Part shown: piece by piece, positions 62,901-64,000 of the stretch
Numbering within the stretch: the stretch's first letter is position 1
How the letters are laid out: every line of letters begins with the position of its first letter
Origin: an uncultured virus (IMG/VR IMGVR_UViG_3300013120_000767)
Lineage: Duplodnaviria > Heunggongvirae > Uroviricota > Caudoviricetes
Virus record (IMG/VR): IMGVR_UViG_3300013120_000767
Location: 1-64,000 of that record
Strand: one strand, 5' to 3'
Length of the DNA stretch: 64,000 bases
Translations under genes and position numbers: made by a program
Notes under the pieces: model-generated
Databases searched by the model: none
What the model was told of the DNA's origin: nothing
What the model saw: the letters and a program-made list of their open reading frames with translations, nothing else

Positions 62901-64000
62901 GGGACGTACTCATCCTCCACGGGGCCGGCAACAACTACTCCGCCCGCATCCTCCTGGCGGAGTACAGCGTAGACGACGAGCAGTCGTACATCCTGTACTC
63001 CCCCTACGGGTACGCCACAGTGGACGAGGACGACGTCCCCTTCGAGATCCACGCTGCGCAAGTGGCCACCGTCCGACTCTACTTTGAGCACCCGCTGGAG
63101 GCCATGGTCGGGTGGTTCACACCCGCCCTGACAACAATCTTCTACTTGGGGGCCTACACCTACAGCCCCCACATGGATCACAAGGAGCTGTACACCCTGG
63201 AGGACGCGCATACGGAGCTCGTCATCGACGTCAGTGGGGGGGCGACCAGCACCATCAGTACCAACTCCGCTACCCTTGACTTTGGGGAGCTGCGCCTGAA
63301 GCCGGGGGACATAGTGCTGCTGAAGTACTCAGCTATCATCAGCTCCTCCCTCGCTTCGACTTGTGACGTAGCCGGGAAGTCGCTGACGTTGGCAGTGGGC
63401 GGGAACGCCAAGACTATCTACTTCGTAGGCACTGACCCACTCACGTTGGATGACGCCGACGGCATCTCCGGGCAAATTGAGGACGGGTTCGGCATCGACG
63501 TCATCGTGCGGGCCCAAGGGGACCTGTTCCGTATGTACCTGGTCTCCACGCAGAAGGTGACCGTAACCGGGGGCACCGCCGTCACCGACTTGGGGCTGTT
63601 GGCCAACATGACCAACGACACCCTCAATGAGGAACTCAAAGGGAACCACACCATCATCAGCATAGACGAGACCTCGTTCACGGTGGACACAGTATTCTCC
63701 AGTGGGGCCACCGGTGACCAAGCGATGGTCGGCGTCTTCATACGGACCGGGGTGGTGTCACTGACGCCGGCAGAGATGGCCCTCAACACGGAGTACGGGT
63801 TCTACTACATGGACGTGGAGGTGCAATCCATGCAGGACGCCCCCTCCTCCTTTCTGGCGGGGAACACATACCTCGGCATTCAGGACTTCTACTACATGGC
63901 GGGTTTCAGCCTCTCCACCGACAAGGAGTACTCGTTTGGGGCCAACGAGGACCCACACATGTACCTGTCCCCCTACGTGGTAGACGAGAACGGGAACGAC
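59951..64000 (+). CDS. baseplate J/gp47-like wedge protein, partial (runs off right edge)
   Basis: Not in the ORF track, consistent with no stop in the window; spot-checked by hand: MERDKLIQFV...RQQGSKARVTVRL...EAVEEGEAYNI...NPSSATPGTNRETIDEYVDRL...VVGNGD; 1350 codons to the edge. Confidence 0.8.
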   Translation, partial: MERDKLIQFVQELYTEYDESIPTAEGSAVYTKVIAPLVERFGDDPYTPDVKDFVVDLLQSEFPEMDFTELSAYSDIVVTPFKVIIDPLRREILRLKMAQSLYYKDYLTEEEIEGLASVFQVMRQQGSKARVTVRLYARAPRVIEVNFGASAYTAGGLSYMPIEFYKFTPEQVAQNRDRNYYYVEATFEAVEEGEAYNIGPTQIIGVSGVVGAVWASNPSSATPGTNRETIDEYVDRLTDWVSEHAPITSSGIISRVMELFPAISEIFVVGNGDILMYRDILTYTATTLATLPVGNGTGTLVAWAPGSGTLATIPYAYQITGDFSAVMPPNISEGYAPTKIVINGFEYTITTLGAGSADFDSYTPADCPWGEAGSTSVEYTAPNGCVIPHYVGLMEAGENMSLVEAGDLLLIYNGVTYDEHTILDVPIIGGNYMAVIKGPIEIIKMSPTNADPSETNYLALHRGGAIEFTAAIGANQIDFTATKPVQVGDRLVGMVAGLPVEFNVSYVSSGRLYLTKVDPASAPASPTVRCSGVADTVTPASYAITDADGNFVANGVQQGDLYFDADVDRFATVDTFTVSALILESAEWSGLFAAGNDYTIYGPGNALLFTDWVVYRRADGEYDDDLTPQDNLDWVILVDPSNLLSLAGGTTGYWQARRVATANDFLITAMLPDGTAQSTESGTLHLGGCTDVYMHTTEEASVGAFDGVYDLVPYATALATWTSGNDTMTLASVVFNSDLAAGYPDPTEDYSAMIPSIITLEIDDRDPRQVYRVLALSETGARLSEDMGDSGTNQPVTLYVNHEVDLLSVKNLKKAGTDGTVGFSKYVILGTAAPASTVPGDTLEILSDIGKGAYEIQSLHSGGLIVLLTTTVSGFDTDVEYEIYSTDAGVNAPISRIDHVELRAATGTTAINLYYRDPLACRVMGDSVTDGPNVIIPPDEEEGSLGDYLGSVAHLVPPPAGAFSNSLGLFAWSGDVEEMGVKEGDVLILHGAGNNYSARILLAEYSVDDEQSYILYSPYGYATVDEDDVPFEIHAAQVATVRLYFEHPLEAMVGWFTPALTTIFYLGAYTYSPHMDHKELYTLEDAHTELVIDVSGGATSTISTNSATLDFGELRLKPGDIVLLKYSAIISSSLASTCDVAGKSLTLAVGGNAKTIYFVGTDPLTLDDADGISGQIEDGFGIDVIVRAQGDLFRMYLVSTQKVTVTGGTAVTDLGLLANMTNDTLNEELKGNHTIISIDETSFTVDTVFSSGATGDQAMVGVFIRTGVVSLTPAEMALNTEYGFYYMDVEVQSMQDAPSSFLAGNTYLGIQDFYYMAGFSLSTDKEYSFGANEDPHMYLSPYVVDENGND

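Noticed and set aside
32649..64000. Tailocin, eCIS or T6SS locus in a bacterial chromosome
   Set aside because: Terminase, prohead protease and capsid genes are contiguous with the tail genes.
1..64000. tRNA/rRNA genes, integrase, transposase, introns or inteins, alternative genetic code
   Set aside because: None recognised by eye. Genes are intact under the standard code and all three stop codons end genes. tRNAscan-SE and Infernal were not run.

Overview
This 64 kb window reads as part of a large, GC-rich, contractile-tailed (myovirus-type) bacteriophage genome. All calls come from reading motifs by eye; no database search was run. (1) 1-6.84 kb: a leftward, tightly packed block of small hypothetical genes, plus a Toprim-domain protein and a PAPS-reductase-like PP-loop protein. 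(2) 6.98-18.7 kb: an 11-gene rightward operon encoding two GT-B glycosyltransferases, an AsnB-like amidoligase lacking the N-terminal Cys, two paralogous SAM methyltransferases, a radical SAM enzyme, a transglutaminase-like protein, UDP-glucose dehydrogenase and an ATP-grasp/QueC-like fusion. (3) 18.86-30.4 kb: large terminase, prohead protease, several small head-region proteins sharing a hydrophobic-[E/D]-K-x-A motif, and the major capsid protein. (4) 30.4-64 kb: neck, 1168-aa sheath, tube, an inverted groES-groEL cassette, a tail chaperone with a -1 slippery site, tape measure and baseplate genes. A sigma-70-family factor sits in the baseplate module, and its N-terminal extension carries the same motif as the head proteins (GFQDSLEKVA vs GFQDGLEKVA). 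The best candidates for new biology are a virion-packaged, protease-processed pro-sigma factor and a phage-encoded glycan/amide-tailoring operon. I saw no portal, replication, lysis, integrase, tRNA or CRISPR features in the window.
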